A program made the translations under genes and the position numbers. From Marsupella aquatica (taxonomy: Eukaryota; Plantae; Marchantiophyta): a stretch of DNA of 64,000 nt. The stretch covers positions 15,189,375 to 15,253,374 of the forward strand of contig OZ316897.1 of assembly GCA_973895155.1 (NCBI GenBank), given 5' to 3'. The notes beneath the pieces were generated by a model, which saw only the letters and a program-made list of their open reading frames with translations, did no database searches and was not told the origin of the DNA. Shown here piece by piece: positions 12,651-25,560 of the stretch (positions within the stretch are counted from its first letter, which is position 1; each line of letters opens with the position of its first letter).

Positions 12651-15600
12651 ATGAAACTCTAGAGTAGAGGACCGGCTAATTGTAAACATGGTTTGAAAAT
12701 AATCACTAATTTTACTAAAAATGACCCAGCTTGGAAAGACACCCAAAATGTTTCCTTACTTTCACATCTCATTCCACATTCCATGATCAAACAATAGAGG
12801 CCAAGGTTACACTTCTCAACTCTCATTGCAACATTAATAGAATCAAACAACGAGCTTTGTAACTTAGGGTTTGTATGGTTGAGAATGGTTTTCATATCTT
12901 ACAGAATTTTTTAATTAACTCGTCTCCAGTTGTATAACAAACATATTTTGTCAATGTGCTTAATGTTGCAATTGCATTGCTCGCATAGACTCATTCTCAT
13001 CCCTCAGTTTTTGGCACTGTCATTGTTGAAAAATGTATGCTTGAGCTAGCACTAGGTTATAAATTGCAGCTTCATAAGACCCCTCCGATAGTTTCTCCCA
13101 ATGGTGCCTCCACTTTGACTATGTCCCCATCTCCTATTAAATTGCATGAGCTATAAGTGATTTGCTTACATAACCAAGGTGGCCCACTTTTGGGACCTCT
13201 AAAGGTTAGTTTGCTCCTAACATGGGTCGTGTCTTCCCACAAGTACAACATCAAGGTTTGCTCAATAGTAAGATGTTTGGGGAGTGGTCGGGCTCCATAG
13301 TTAAACCTTAGTATAAAATTGCATTGCTCTTTTCATCTCTTTAGAAGATTGCAAGTGGTAAGGTATCTCTTCCCTTTGATATTTGGGTATGAGCAATAGT
13401 AACTATCATATCTTAGTTCCAGTTTTTGTGCCAAATTTGCTCTACGGAACCAAATGAGCGGGCAAATGAGAGACTTTGCAAACAATTAAGGATTGTACTT
13501 GTATATCCATCCTTCAGTTGTTGAATCCTTGGAGAAAATGTATGCATTTAAGGTCTATGTATCTTCTCTGGTTCTTGAATCTTGTTAAATTGTATAACGC
13601 AAGAGGCATTAGGTGATAAGTGGGGATGGCTCATAGCATAGTCACACACTACACCAAGTGAATCCAACAAGTATCATAAATAATAAATAGATAGATAGTT
13701 TAGTAATTCGATCAAGTAGCATATATAACCATAATTTTGGAAATTAGTTAAGCAATCACTAGTTATGCATGGTTAAGAGGCGAAACAATTAGAGTGTATA
13801 TGGAAGTTTTGCTACACGCAAGGAGTATTTAGTCGAGACCAAATGAGCGGGCAAATGAGAGACTTTGTGTCACTGTTTTGCATAGGAACTCTGGTTGAGA
13901 GGCGGATCAAGCTTTTCTCTCTTCAAGACTGCAAGTAGTTTGTGGGAGTGTTCCCTAGTATTCATCTATGAGTAGCTTTTGGTGCAAGGAGTAAAGAGAA
14001 TTACTTATGCGACAGTAGTATCAGCAAGTCAAAACCTTTATGTGCTTGAGCAGTGAAGAAGAGATATCCACATTGAAGTTTAATTGAGAATGAATGTTGA
14101 GGGCAAAATTATGATGATTGAGCTAAGAGCTTCATGAGAGAAGGACATCAAAGACCCAGGAGTGAACTGAACCCCGTATTGAACCAATTTGATTGCAGAC
14201 AGAGAAGTAGAATTGTGGCTCCTGGAATATCAATTTCCAAAAAGAACTGAATGTTAAGTCGATCAATTGCTAACCGCAAGGATGTATGAAGATTAAGTCA
14301 CTCCAAGTGAGAATTCAAAGGCACAGTGCCTTGAGAAATAGGCTGAACAGACAAGTCATGAGTAGTGGGGTCTAGTTGAAGATTGTGTGCTTTGAATGTG
14401 ATGCTTTAGTCATAATACACCTCCATCAGAACGGGGTGATCGTTGAATTGGTGTTCCCCCTATGAATGTAAATTTTCAAACGACTCCACGACATGCAAAG
14501 AGATAATTGATTACCATTTAAGTGGTACATCAATGAGACAATTGGACCTAACAAGGTCACAATTACTAGATCGAAGAATGAATGTACATTGATAGTGGGA
14601 ATAACACTTCATGTTCCTTAATTAGGCTCCGGCCTATTAAAGTGTGGATCTTTGAAATTAGATTGCATCATTCTGATTACTCGTAGATGGAGAGAAGAGA
14701 ACATTCTGATTTGCATCTTCACTTATAGAGAGCTTGGTAGAGAGGTGTGGATTCATTAAGATCATTTATTGTGAAGGATTGGTCTTGATGGAAGCTATTG
14801 TGCCAAAGAAATGGAAAGAATATATGGATATACAAGAGCAGTGTTGTCTTGGCTGAGGTTATAGATCTGGACTGAGAGTGAGAAAGAAGTCTGAGAACTC
14901 CACTGTCCCATTAGTAGGACAACTAATGGATTAATTGGTAAGGCAAAGTGCAAAAGGACGTTGAAGACCGGTAATCAAGGGGTGAATTAAGTTGGCGTTT
15001 AACACACATCCCTTGACATCTAGGATGAGTTGACACCATACCTCAATGATATCCAAGTTCTTGTTGAGGTCCTTGTAAAACCAACCAAGTGGAGCATTTT
15101 CCCCCAAGTTAGAGATGATCCAGGTTTATCTCTCACTGGTGATCAATTCTCTTAAGACCCCTAGCTAAAGTCCAGGTCCTATCTAAGTTAGCATAGTAAG
15201 TTGTATTCAGAGCATCAGTCCAAAAATTAAAGCAATCTAAGTACAGTAGTATCCTATTGGAGATCAAAGCCCAAACCTATCAAAGTGCCTTAAGTACTCA
15301 ACATGATGAAAAAAATTGGGCAAAAAATGGACGATAGTGCTGACATGCATTCAATCTAGACTAGAAATAAAGTAAAGTTAAACATCAATGGGTAGGGTGT
15401 GTGGGCCTTACAGTCAAGACCTTATACATCAGTAGAAAAGCATGAACTAATTGCCAACAAAATGTGTCATGACCATCCCAAATCAGTTTGTAAGAGCAAT
15501 CTGATAAATGACGGAAATCGCTTTGAAGTAAGTAACCCATTCATTTTACAGTGAGTGAACCATAGTCGTAAATAATCTTAATATGCATGCAGAGCTTGCT

Positions 15601-15700
15601 ACTCTCTATACCCGAGTTCATACCTCCAGCTGACTCTCCATCTTGTGCCCGGGCTTGTGTCGCTTGGCAACATATGATGGGAGCCCATGGTATTGCATCA

Positions 15701-16036
15701 TGTTAGGGTTTTGACTCAACCTTGGCTACTACTTTAACTAGAGTAAGTTAATCGGAGGCAACATTAGTTGACTAGACTCCTCATGAAGAGATAACCCTCT
15801 TTGTATCCCATGAAGAGAGAGCACTTAGTTGAGAACTTTGAGAGAGAGAGAGAGAGAGCTTGGACTATGGAGCTCTGGTGATATGCACTTTTTGTGTTCA
15901 TAGTGAAGCTATTGCCTGATGCGGCCGTGGACGTAGCCTTGACGGGGTGAACCACGTATCTTTGTGTCGGTGTACTCGAGTGTTGTATATATGAGTGATG
16001 ATTATGAGATGTCATGCTGTCCATTTTGATCCTACA
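15701..16036 (+). mobile_element. Solo LTR, copia-like family B
   Basis: TGTTAGGG...GATCCTACA with perfect 5-bp TSD CATCA (15696-15700, 16037-16041); GTGGACGTAGCC..GGTGAACCACGTATCT motif shared with family A; homologous to 49532-49830. Confidence 0.88.
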
Positions 16037-17224
16037 CATCATAGAAATACAAGGATTTTTCCATTGAAGGGACCAGATGACTGTAAGGGCTGGTACTAAC
16101 TTGAAAGTAGGGGCAGCCACACAATTACACTAGGAAAAGTCTATAACTGGGTGCAATTGGGTCTTGACTCTGTTCAATATATTGTTGATAAGGTAGCTTC
16201 ATAACTACCTTACAGTTGTAAGTTAGTGAGGTCTGTTTGCCAAACCCATGAGTTCTCTCACAGTCAAGGGGTCTCGGGCTGGTCCCTGGTTCTCGGTGCT
16301 AGCTGTCCACACAAAGTTAAACAAAATTTAAAATCCCAAGCCTCTTGAGTGACCTGCCAAGTGAAGAACATGGTCATGCCCCTTTAAAGCTCAAATGCAA
16401 ATGCAACACTTGGAAAATTTAGAGTAGCTAGATCTTGTTCTCTCCTTTCAAGTTTGTTAACACGCCATGGACATGATTTGGTATTTGGCTGGATTCCTTA
16501 TTATAGAAGCAAACTAGCCTTTGGAAGTGTTTCTCTTTGGCCAGGTATCATCATTGTGGCTGGTGTGGTCATTGTGATTGTACGGATTGTTGTTGCAAAA
16601 GTGAATCATGCTCATCATTGTCTATGTTCCCTTTGTTGTGGAAATCAGTTGGTGTTGTTTCTAGGTTGGAGGGCAAGGGAGCAGGTCTGGTGAGGGTTTA
16701 GGGGCTTGTTTAGGATTTGTGGACCAAGATCTATCTGTTTTTATTTTGTTTTCTTGCTTTCCCCTCCTCGCATCCCTGCCATGACTCTCCCTCCTGTCTT
16801 CAATTGGACTCTTCCCTCCCAGTGCCCATGCCCCATCCTGACCCAACCTGCCCATTTGTCTCACCTCATACCTGTCTCCTCTTGCCATCAGACCCCCTTG
16901 TAGCAGGATTGCGATGCCACAGGAAAAATTAAAAAGAAATTGGTGGGTGGACAAGAGTTCATTTTGGCCCATTTTGGATGTTGTGAATAGACAACAAGAG
17001 AGTTTTGGCGCATGGAAATTAGATTGTATGAAAAGTAATAAATAATTATGATGCTTACAAATACTGTCATCAGCATATATCAGTAATTATACCTCTACTA
17101 GTCCTTGTTGATGCGGGCTATGCAGTGCACAGCTATTGTGGGCCTCACTATGTAAGGCTCGTTGTCTAGCTATAATTAAGTAAACTACTACATTTTGTTG
17201 CAAAGTTGTAGAGTGGGAGAAAAC

Positions 17225-17568
17225 TGTTAGATATTGCTCTAGTCTTGTGACTCATGAGCTAACCACAGTTAGTCTAACTCTGGTTAGGACTTAGCTAATG
17301 TTAACGGTAGTGCTGGTGTGCATATAGCTAGGGCTGATGCTAGACCCTGGTGGAACTTAGGCTCATTGTTACGGAGCTAGTTGAGAGATAGGGAGAGCTT
17401 GTGCTGTGGATGCTTGGTATGGCCGGTCGGCCTAGAGTGCAGTAAAGCTCTTGTGTGTTCCCGTGGACGTAGCCTCATGTGGAGGTGAACCACGTATCTC
17501 TCTGTGTCGACTATTGTGCGTTGGATAGTTCATGGGCTTGCCGTTGCGAATGTCGTCTATGCTCAACA
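17225..17568 (+). mobile_element. Solo LTR (344 bp) of the copia family at 19287-24307, opposite orientation
   Basis: TGTTAG...TCAACA; about 10 differences from the reverse complement of 19287-19630; flanks AAAAC/CAAAC (TSD with one mismatch). Confidence 0.92.
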
Positions 17569-18064
17569 CAAACATGAAGAAAATTTCTAAAGATCTACAT
17601 AATACTATAAAATATTTTTTCTCATACTGTCTAGGAGGAAAAACCACTTTACTTGTAAACTTCCCAGGTAAACTTAGGCGATGGGCACTGTAGCCAAATT
17701 TGCTCTAAATATCTTAACCTTTGTGTCATTTCAGTAAAACCCAATTTTGGGGGCTATTTTTTTTTGCCTAGGGAGCTTGCTAGTTTTATGGAAGACTTCT
17801 TAATGTACTAGAATGATAAAGTCAGCAAAAATCAAAGGCATTAAGAATGACCAGTCCAACTTGCTAGCAAATACTCTACTTGCTAGCAAGTTGGGTAACA
17901 TATGAACAGATGACAACATATGGGACACTTGCAAGAAGTTCAGCTTCTTTCTTTCCTGAAAAGATAGCAGACTGGGTAGCAGACCAATGTATTTTGTAAG
18001 GTTTTTTAATTTTTAGCTAGTGTGGCGAATGTTTGCTTCTCTAAGGGAGGAAATTCTAGAAATA

Positions 18065-19209
18065 ACACGGTGACGGACCAAACGAGAAGTGTGACGCCTA
18101 ATAGAGAAGGGTGTTTTCAATTTCGATCAATTTTCGCCAATTTTCACAATGTGCGCGACACATTTCTCACAAAATCAATGATTTTTGCAAAACCGACTAA
18201 TTCGTATCGTTCCCAACTTCGCGAGGAATGATGGCTTCATCCCAAATTGTGAATTTCAATATCCTCGCTAACGTCAAATATTTTCATTGCGACAATAGAA
18301 CCCATAAATATTTCCATTTTGGTTAGATTTTGAAAATAGAACTTTTGGTCACAAGGAAAACAGATCAAGAAAACAAAACTATTCCGATACCGATATCGCT
18401 CCTCGAATTCCATTCAAATTTGTTTGTCGTTTCTTTCATAAAACGAAGGTTTTGAAATATTTACCACATTCTAATATTTTTTTACATCAAATTTCACCAC
18501 ACAGTCAGCTGAAGTTACCTCGCAGTTCACCACGTAGTTTGCAAAATTCCATTGTCAACGTTGAAACAAGAATACAAATGGCAATGTCCATTTGTAATTG
18601 TTCCGGACTCATTTCTGAGTCCTTCCTCTAGCAAACCGGTGTCGCTCTTCCTCCCGGTTCACCTGTAATCCTCACTCAAATACAGTCCGCGATACTGGTA
18701 TCGCTCTTCCTCCTTGACCACCTGTAAACACCACTCCAATACAGACCACGATACCGGTATCTCTCTTCCTCCTTGACCACCTGTAAACACCACTCCAATA
18801 CAGACCACGATACCGGTATCTCTCTTCCTCCTTGACCACCTGTAAACACCACTCCAATACAGACCGCAATACCGGTATAGCTTTTTCTCTCGACAACCTT
18901 GAATGCCAATCCAATAAACATAACAATACCGGTATTTGTCGTCCTCCAGGATCACATTAATCATGGGTTAAGTTTCGTAGTCAACCGTGCAATTTATGCA
19001 GTTTACCGTCTCAAGTGGATTTTTTTAACTGTTTGGTTGCGCAATGCGAAGAGCGATCCGCGTATCGCTCTTCACTTTCAAGACTCCTAAACAAATGATA
19101 TTCTCACTCATGGGCATTTCGTATCGGAGATTTCTTTACTTAGCCGCGATTTTGCGATCGGGCAAAACGAGAAAGGTGGTCACACTTCTCGTTTGGTCCG
19201 TCACTATGT
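18065..19209. mobile_element. Non-autonomous TIR DNA transposon (MITE-like, ~1.15 kb)
   Basis: 31-bp TIRs ACACGGTGACGGACCAAACGAGAAGTGTGAC / GTCACACTTCTCGTTTGGTCCGTCACTATGT (2 mismatches), TA on both sides (Tc1/mariner-like TSD); no transposase ORF. Confidence 0.8.
18636..18950. repeat. 59-bp minisatellite inside the TIR element
   Basis: TACCGGTATCTCTCTTCCTCCTTGACCACCTGTAAACACCACTCCAATACAGACCACGA: three near-perfect copies (~18693-18869) plus degenerate flanking copies. Confidence 0.93.
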
Positions 19210-19286
19210 TAAATATTCTCTGTCAGATTTTACTGAATTAAATTGTGACTGTCAGATATCCTTAGATTAAGGAGGACCGTTAGATT

Positions 19287-19630
19287 TGTTGAGCATAGAC
19301 GACATTCGTAACGGCAAGCCCATGAACCATCCAACGCACAATAGTCGACACAGAGAGATACGTGGTTCACCTCCACATGAGGCTACGTCCACGGGAACAC
19401 ACAAGAGCTTTCCTGCACTCTAGGCCGACCGGCCATACCAAGCATCCACAGCACAAGCTCTCCCTATCTCTCAACTAGCTCCGTAACAATGAGCCTAAGT
19501 TCCACCAGGGTCTGGCATCAGCCCTGGCTATATGCACAATAGCACTACCGCTAACATTAGCTAAGTCCTAACCCGAGTTAGACTAACTGTGGTTAGCTCA
19601 AGAGTCACAAGACTAGAGCAATATCTAACA
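19287..19630 (-). repeat. 3' LTR (344 bp, complete)
   Basis: Matches the solo LTR 17225-17568 end to end; adjacent to the polypurine tract. Confidence 0.95.
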
Positions 19631-19837
19631 AACTCCCCCTTGACTCTTGTCTTGGGGACTGGACTAAATACAACCATATGGAATCCTCAGCGAGAAGTTC
19701 TAGACAATCACCAAACCAGGTCTCCCCCTAAAAACCACAAGGGTTAACTAAGGGTTAACTAGAACTAAGTCGTAGCCAAACAGGAATGAGTAATCCATAT
19801 ACAAATAGTCACACATTGCTAAATAACTCTACTTGCA

Positions 19838-22800
19838 CTACAACTGCAAAACCTGCAAAGTAGCACGGTGTCTTGAGAAACTCTCCAAAGGAATCACTTT
19901 GGTAAAAGCATCAGCGGGATTGAGCTTTCCATCAATTTTGACTAGCTCAAAAGTTTTATCAGACACTGCTTGCCTGATAAAATGGTACATGATATCAATG
20001 TGCTTCACCCTGCTATCCATCACCTGGTTAGCAGTCAAGTGAAGAGCACTCTGACTATCACAGTTTAGAGTCATTTTTCCATGCTCTAAACCCATCTCCG
20101 CGATCAACTTATCCAACCAAATTGCTTCCTTTGCTGCTTCTGCTACTGCAACATACTCTGCTTCTGTAGTAGACTGAGATGTGCACTTCTGCAAGGTAGA
20201 TTTCCAACTGATACATCCTCCTCCAAGAGTGTATACAAACCCAGTTGTAGACCTCCTTGTATCCAGACAACCTCCATAGTCAGAATCTACATAGCCAACT
20301 AACGTTCTATCTGATCTGTTATCAAATAGTAATCCATAGTCCTGTGTACCCTTCAGATACCTGAGAATCCACTTCACAGCTTCCCAATGTACTTTCCCTG
20401 GATTTGACATGAATCTGCTAACCTTGCCCATCGCTAGGGCTAAGTCAGGCCTAGTACAAGTCATCAAATACATCAGACTGCCTATTGCCTTGAGTTCTCA
20501 TAAGGAATCTTAGCCATCAAACCTTTCTCCACAGCATCCGTAGGAGAGAAAGCCAATGATAACTTGAAATGTGAAGCTAAAGGAATACTCACTGGCTTAC
20601 AGTTTTCCATGTTGAATCGTGCAAGTACTTTCCTCGCATACTGGCCTTGACTCAAGCGCAACTGTCCAGTATCAAAGTTCCTAAAAATCTCCATCCCTAA
20701 GATCCTCTTGGCCTTACCAAGATCCTTCATCCTGAATTCAGCACTCAATTTTGCCTTGAGACTGTCAACCTCAGATTGATCTTTAGCCACAATCAGCATG
20801 TCATCCACATAGATCACCAGAATGATGAAACCAAATACATCATTCTTGACTGATTTCGTATACACACAAGGATCATACACCATCCTTGTAAAACCTTGAG
20901 CAAACATGAAATCATCAAACGGCTTGTTCCACTGTCTGGGAGACTGCTTCAATCCATACAAGGACTTGAGCAATCTACAAACTAAGTTCTCTTGGCCTTT
21001 CTTCATAAAGCCTAGCGGCTGTCTCATGAAGATCATCTCTTCCAAGTTGCCATAGAGAAAAGCAGTAACAACATCCATCTGATCCATCACCAGATTAAAA
21101 AACACAACAAGCTGACACAAGATCCGAATTGTGGAATACTTAGCCACCAGTGAAAAGACCTCATTGTAGTCCACTCCTTTCTCCTGAGTAAACCCCTTGG
21201 CAACAAGCCTTGCCTTGTAGATCTTATCTCCACCCTCTGAAGGATTGTCCTTCAACTTGTAAATCCACTTGCTGTCCACCACTTGCTGACCTCTCGGAAG
21301 CTCCACCAGCTCCCATGTCTTGTTGTCACTCAAAGATTGCAACTCCCTCTGCATTGCTGCATTCCACTCATGCTTTTGCTCTGAAGCACAAGCCTCACTG
21401 TACGAAGAAGGCTCTCCTTCTTCCAAGATCAAAGCCATGTCATCATCATCAGGTGCAATGTCAATATCATCTAGCTTAGATGAGTCTGCCCATTGACCAT
21501 ACCTGGTAGGAGCTCTAGTAGAAGGACTGGAAGTTCTTCTAGTAGATGACTCAGGCTGATCTGCTGCTGTTGCTGGTTGAATTTGAGGTACCCTAGCAAC
21601 AATCTGCTCCTCTTGTTCCATCACAGGAACCAGCTCCAAGCCCGGAGCTTCTCCATCTCTCCTGTCATGAACAGCATCATGACTAATCTCCCCCTCAACC
21701 GGGTCCGGGATGGGAGATTTCCCCTTGTCAGTATGGGAGTCCTGAGAACTCTCCCCCTCCTTTGATGATCTGGACTCATTAAAGGACACATCTCTACTGA
21801 CAATTAGTTTACAGGTTAGTGGATCCCATAACCTATAACCCTTCACACCTTTTTGATAGCCAAGGAAAATGCACTTCTTCGACTTGGACTCCAGCTTGGA
21901 TCGAAGCTGGGAAGGTGTAAGCACATAAGCATCACATCCAAAAATCCTCAGATGTGAATAATCTGCTGGACGCCCGTACCTCATTTCATATGGCGTCTTG
22001 AATCCAATAGAACTGGATGGAGAAAAATTTACCAAATAAGTTGCAGTGTTAACAGCTTCAGCCCAAAACTCATGTGGTAAGCATGATTGACTCAACATAC
22101 TCCTCGAGCGGTCCAACAGTGTTCGGTTGAGTCTCTCAGAAACACCATTCTGCTGAGGAGTATAACTTGTTGTGAGATGGCGGGTTATCCCCTGCTCCTT
22201 ACAATACGTTCCAAATTCCCCGGAACTGTATTCACCACCATTATCCGATCGTAGATATCTCACCTTATTACCAGTCTGATTCTCAACTTGGGCTTTTCAC
22301 TCCTTAAAAGTGGCAAAAACATCAGACTTACTGTGTAGAAAATATATCCACACATATCTTGAGTAATCGTCTATGAACGTGACATAGTATAATCGTCCAG
22401 AATATGAGGGAGTAGGGGCTGGACCCCACACATCACTATGTACATATTCAAGTACCTCCTTGCTGGTGTGAGTTCCAACTCCGAAGGGTTTCCTGTGCTG
22501 CTTCCCTAGCACACAGTGCTCACAAAATTCCAACTTACAAGATTGCAAATTAGAAAGTAATCCTTTCTTCTGAAGAATAACCAAACCTTTTTTACTCATG
22601 TGGCCCAAACGGAAGTGCCACAGCCGGGCCGTCTCCTCATGAGATAAGGTTACATTGGCTTCATCACAAACTACACAGCCCTCCAAAACGTATAGATTGC
22701 TATGTCTCTTTCCCTTCAATACAACTTTAGTACCAGTTGAAACCTGAAGGACACCATTAGCAGAACTCCACTGATGGCCATTTGCTTCTAAAACTCCAAG

Positions 22801-23922
22801 TGAAATGAGATTTTTCATCATGCTGGGAATGTGTCTTACATTCCTCAACGTTCTTACAACACCATCAAACATCTGAAATCTTACAGATCCAAGTCCAACA
22901 ACTTGACATGGGATTCCATTTCCCATCAACACTGACCCATTGGAAACCGTGTAAGAATTGAAAAAATCTCTCCTAGAGCAAATGTGAAAAGTACATGCAC
23001 TATCTAGAATCCAGTCATCACTCCCTGGATTTGACACTACGTTGAGAGCATAACCTTGATATCATAATATGTCATCATCATCGAGTAAATCTACCTCATG
23101 CGAGCTCGATGCCGCGTTAGCAGATGCAGTAGGGACCTTTACTCGACAATCCCTTTTCATGTGGCCAGGCTTGCCACAATTCCAACATGCAAGAGGCTTC
23201 CTCTCTTGCGATTTCCCTCTGGATTTAGATCTCCCCCGTGATGTAGATCTAAACCTGTTTTGTCCATTTGAGCGTTGCGCTGCTCTCCCACGGTTCACAT
23301 TCAGCGCAGTGCCAGAAGAAGATGCTGTCTATGATTGACCCAACTTCTTCTGAGCATCATCAGACAGTAAAGAGCTTACCACCTCATTATACAAAATGGA
23401 CTTCAGATCTCTGTACAAGAGCACCTGTTTCAAGCCCTGATATGACAGCGGTAAGGAGCTTAGCAGAAGCAAGGCCTTATCCTCATCTTCAACTCCTTTT
23501 CCCAGGTTTGACAGATCCACCGCTAGACTGTCAAACTCATCCAAGTGATCCTGCATCTTGCTCCCTTCCTTGAGCCTGAGGCTCATCAAGAGAGACTTCT
23601 TGTACAGCCGGTCTGACGCATCTTCCCGGTAGTACTTCTCTCTTAGAGCCTTGAATAGTGATGCGCAATCCGCATAATCATCCAGCTGCTTGATGATGTG
23701 CGGCTTCAGATAAAGCATCACTGTATTAACAGCAATCACCTGCTCCTGTCTCCACTGCTTTTCTGAGATCTCCTCCTCTCCATCATACTGCTCTCGCGAA
23801 GAGAGCAGATGAGCTAAGCCCATGGCCCAAAGAACACCCTTCACTTGCTTCTCCCACAGCAAGTAATCAGTACGACCATCGTACTTCTCCACCTCAAACT
23901 TTACTCCTCCGAATCTAGCCAT
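19838..23922 (-). pseudogene. Copia gag-pol polyprotein, interrupted
   Basis: Starts MARFGGVKFEVEKYDG. Contains gag, zinc knuckle CWNCGKPGHMKRDC, protease WILDSACTFH, integrase HHCC (WHFRLGH..CEHC) and core (HSDVWGP, RSDNGGEY, QQNGVSER), RT (YKARLVAKGF, QMDVVTAFL, IYVDDML) and RNase H (GYVDSDY, STTEAEY, NPADAFTK). In-frame stops at ~23329, ~23062, ~22297; frameshift at ~20490. Confidence 0.95.
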
Positions 23923-24047
23923 CTCCCTCTTCGTCCCAACTACCAATAGCTCTGGTAGTAGTACAGCTTCCTCCACTGCACGCCGCACCGGTGATCGTAC
24001 CGGTGTTACTTGTTCCTCCTCAAATGGTAGCAGCTCCTCCTCAGACT

Positions 24048-24307
24048 CTCCACATGAGGCTACGTCCACGGGAACACACAAGAGCTTTACTGCACTCTAG
24101 GCCGACCGGCCATACCAAGCATCCACAGCACAAGCTCTCCCTATCTCTCAACTAGCTCCGTAACAATGAGCCTAAGTTCCACCAGGGTCTAGCATCAGCC
24201 CTGGCTATATGCACAATAGCACTACCGCTAACATTAGCTAAGTCCTAACCCGAGTTAGACTAACTGTGGTTAGCTCAAGAGTCACAAGACTAGAGCAATA
24301 TCTAACA
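24048..24307 (-). repeat. 5' LTR lacking its last 84 bp and adjacent PBS
   Basis: Identity to the 3' LTR stops abruptly at CATGTGGAG (minus strand); no TGGTATCAGAGC PBS next to the junction. Confidence 0.92.
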
Positions 24308-25560
24308 AGATTGAGGCTAATGGGGTCCATGCTTTGGTGGAAGAGTGGCTAATGGTGTCATACAAATGTAGCCAATATTAGCCAAAAGTGGCAAAAGTTT
24401 TTTGGGGAGGTGGAATTTGGCTAAAATTCACACTTAAAAGATACGCCGTAGTAGACACTGGAGAGGTAGCTTGACCATAGCAGGCAGTTTAGGGCCAGGG
24501 TCAGACAGGGTGTCACTTAAGTTTCTGGCAAGCCACATTGCATCAACTGTGCGCATATGTTGGACCACATAAAATTTGTCAATACTGTGATCATATGCAG
24601 ATTTGCAAGCAGCCTAGTATGGCATATAGGCTAATATAATAGTCAAGCATGTGTTTGGCAAGCAGTCAGGGTTAACCAACTTAATTAGGTCTGTGTTGCA
24701 CGTGCCATTGTTTAAAAAAATGTGGCCCTTACAACTCTTGCATTGTCGGCAAAAAGGTGATAGACAAATCTGCACACAATCGGCTAAGGCAAGTTTGTTT
24801 GTTTTGGTTTATATGAGATTGCAAGGTTGGGCGGGTAAGGGCCGCAAATGTTGCAGCCCTTGCCCTTGAAAGTGCACTTGTTTAGCCGTGAGGACTGGCT
24901 CGATCAAGAGGGGGGGCGAGTTAGGAAAGTCGCGGTCAGTCCCACGGTTCCACCTGATGACACATAGGGCTTATAACATCGCGGACCCTCGTGCACGCAA
25001 GACAACTCTGAAAATCTATTAATATTCTTCATTGTAGATTTTTCCAACACACTAAGACATAAACTGTATACATACGTGATTATTTGTTATAGTCTACTTT
25101 CGGGCTTGGATTGACTCCGCTTGGGAAGAGAGAGGTCTATTTTATGGGGAGGTTGGCTATATCAGTCCTTCTAAGAACAAAAAGCGGCTACCGACTACTT
25201 TCGTGGATTGACTCGATTGGAAAAGAAAGTCTATTATATGGGGAAGAGGGCTAGATATCGAACTGTCAAAGAACAAAAAGCGACAAACAGAAGACGGGAT
25301 CCTAAAGGAAGGAATATAGGTAGAGTACAATCTGCTGGCTGGTAGGGGGTACATGGTACATGTGCAGCTTGCGCTATATAATTATATAGCAGGCACATAA
25401 AGATATGGTGGGCAGGTACATACAGATATGATGACATACCTACATTTGGATTTGGCCGAATCTAAATTCGACGCATGGGGGTGGGGAAATATGTTTTGAT
25501 GCTCCTATATGACAACCAACTTTTGACTAAGTTGACCCCAAACCAAGGCTTATTTACAAA

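Larger units (their letters stand above)
19287..24307 (-). mobile_element. Ty1/copia LTR retrotransposon, near full length, disabled
   Basis: TG..CA ends; TSD AGATT (19282-19286, 24308-24312); 3' LTR 19287-19630; PPT AGGGGGAGTT at 19631-19640 (-); 5' LTR remnant 24048-24307 with 2 differences in 260 bp; domain order gag-PR-IN-RT-RH. Confidence 0.97.

Noticed and set aside
12660-15400. Probable decayed retroelement, including an exact 30-bp repeat at 13449 and 13838
   Set aside because: No motif I can identify with confidence; left unannotated.
18659-18964. Repetitive ORFs in three minus frames
   Set aside because: Translations of the 59-bp minisatellite; the same applies to ORFs at 127-576, 25475-26110, 36000-36344 and 62867-63270.
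23949-23960. Degenerate tRNA-Met PBS (GCTCTGGTAGTA vs GCTCTGATACCA)
   Set aside because: Only 9 of 12 match, lacks the TGG start, and is ~88 bp from the LTR remnant in an otherwise young element.
23923-24081. N-terminal extension of gag in ORF 23329..24081
   Set aside because: Starts at a non-ATG codon inside the LTR and crosses the truncation junction; the true start is MARFGG at 23922.
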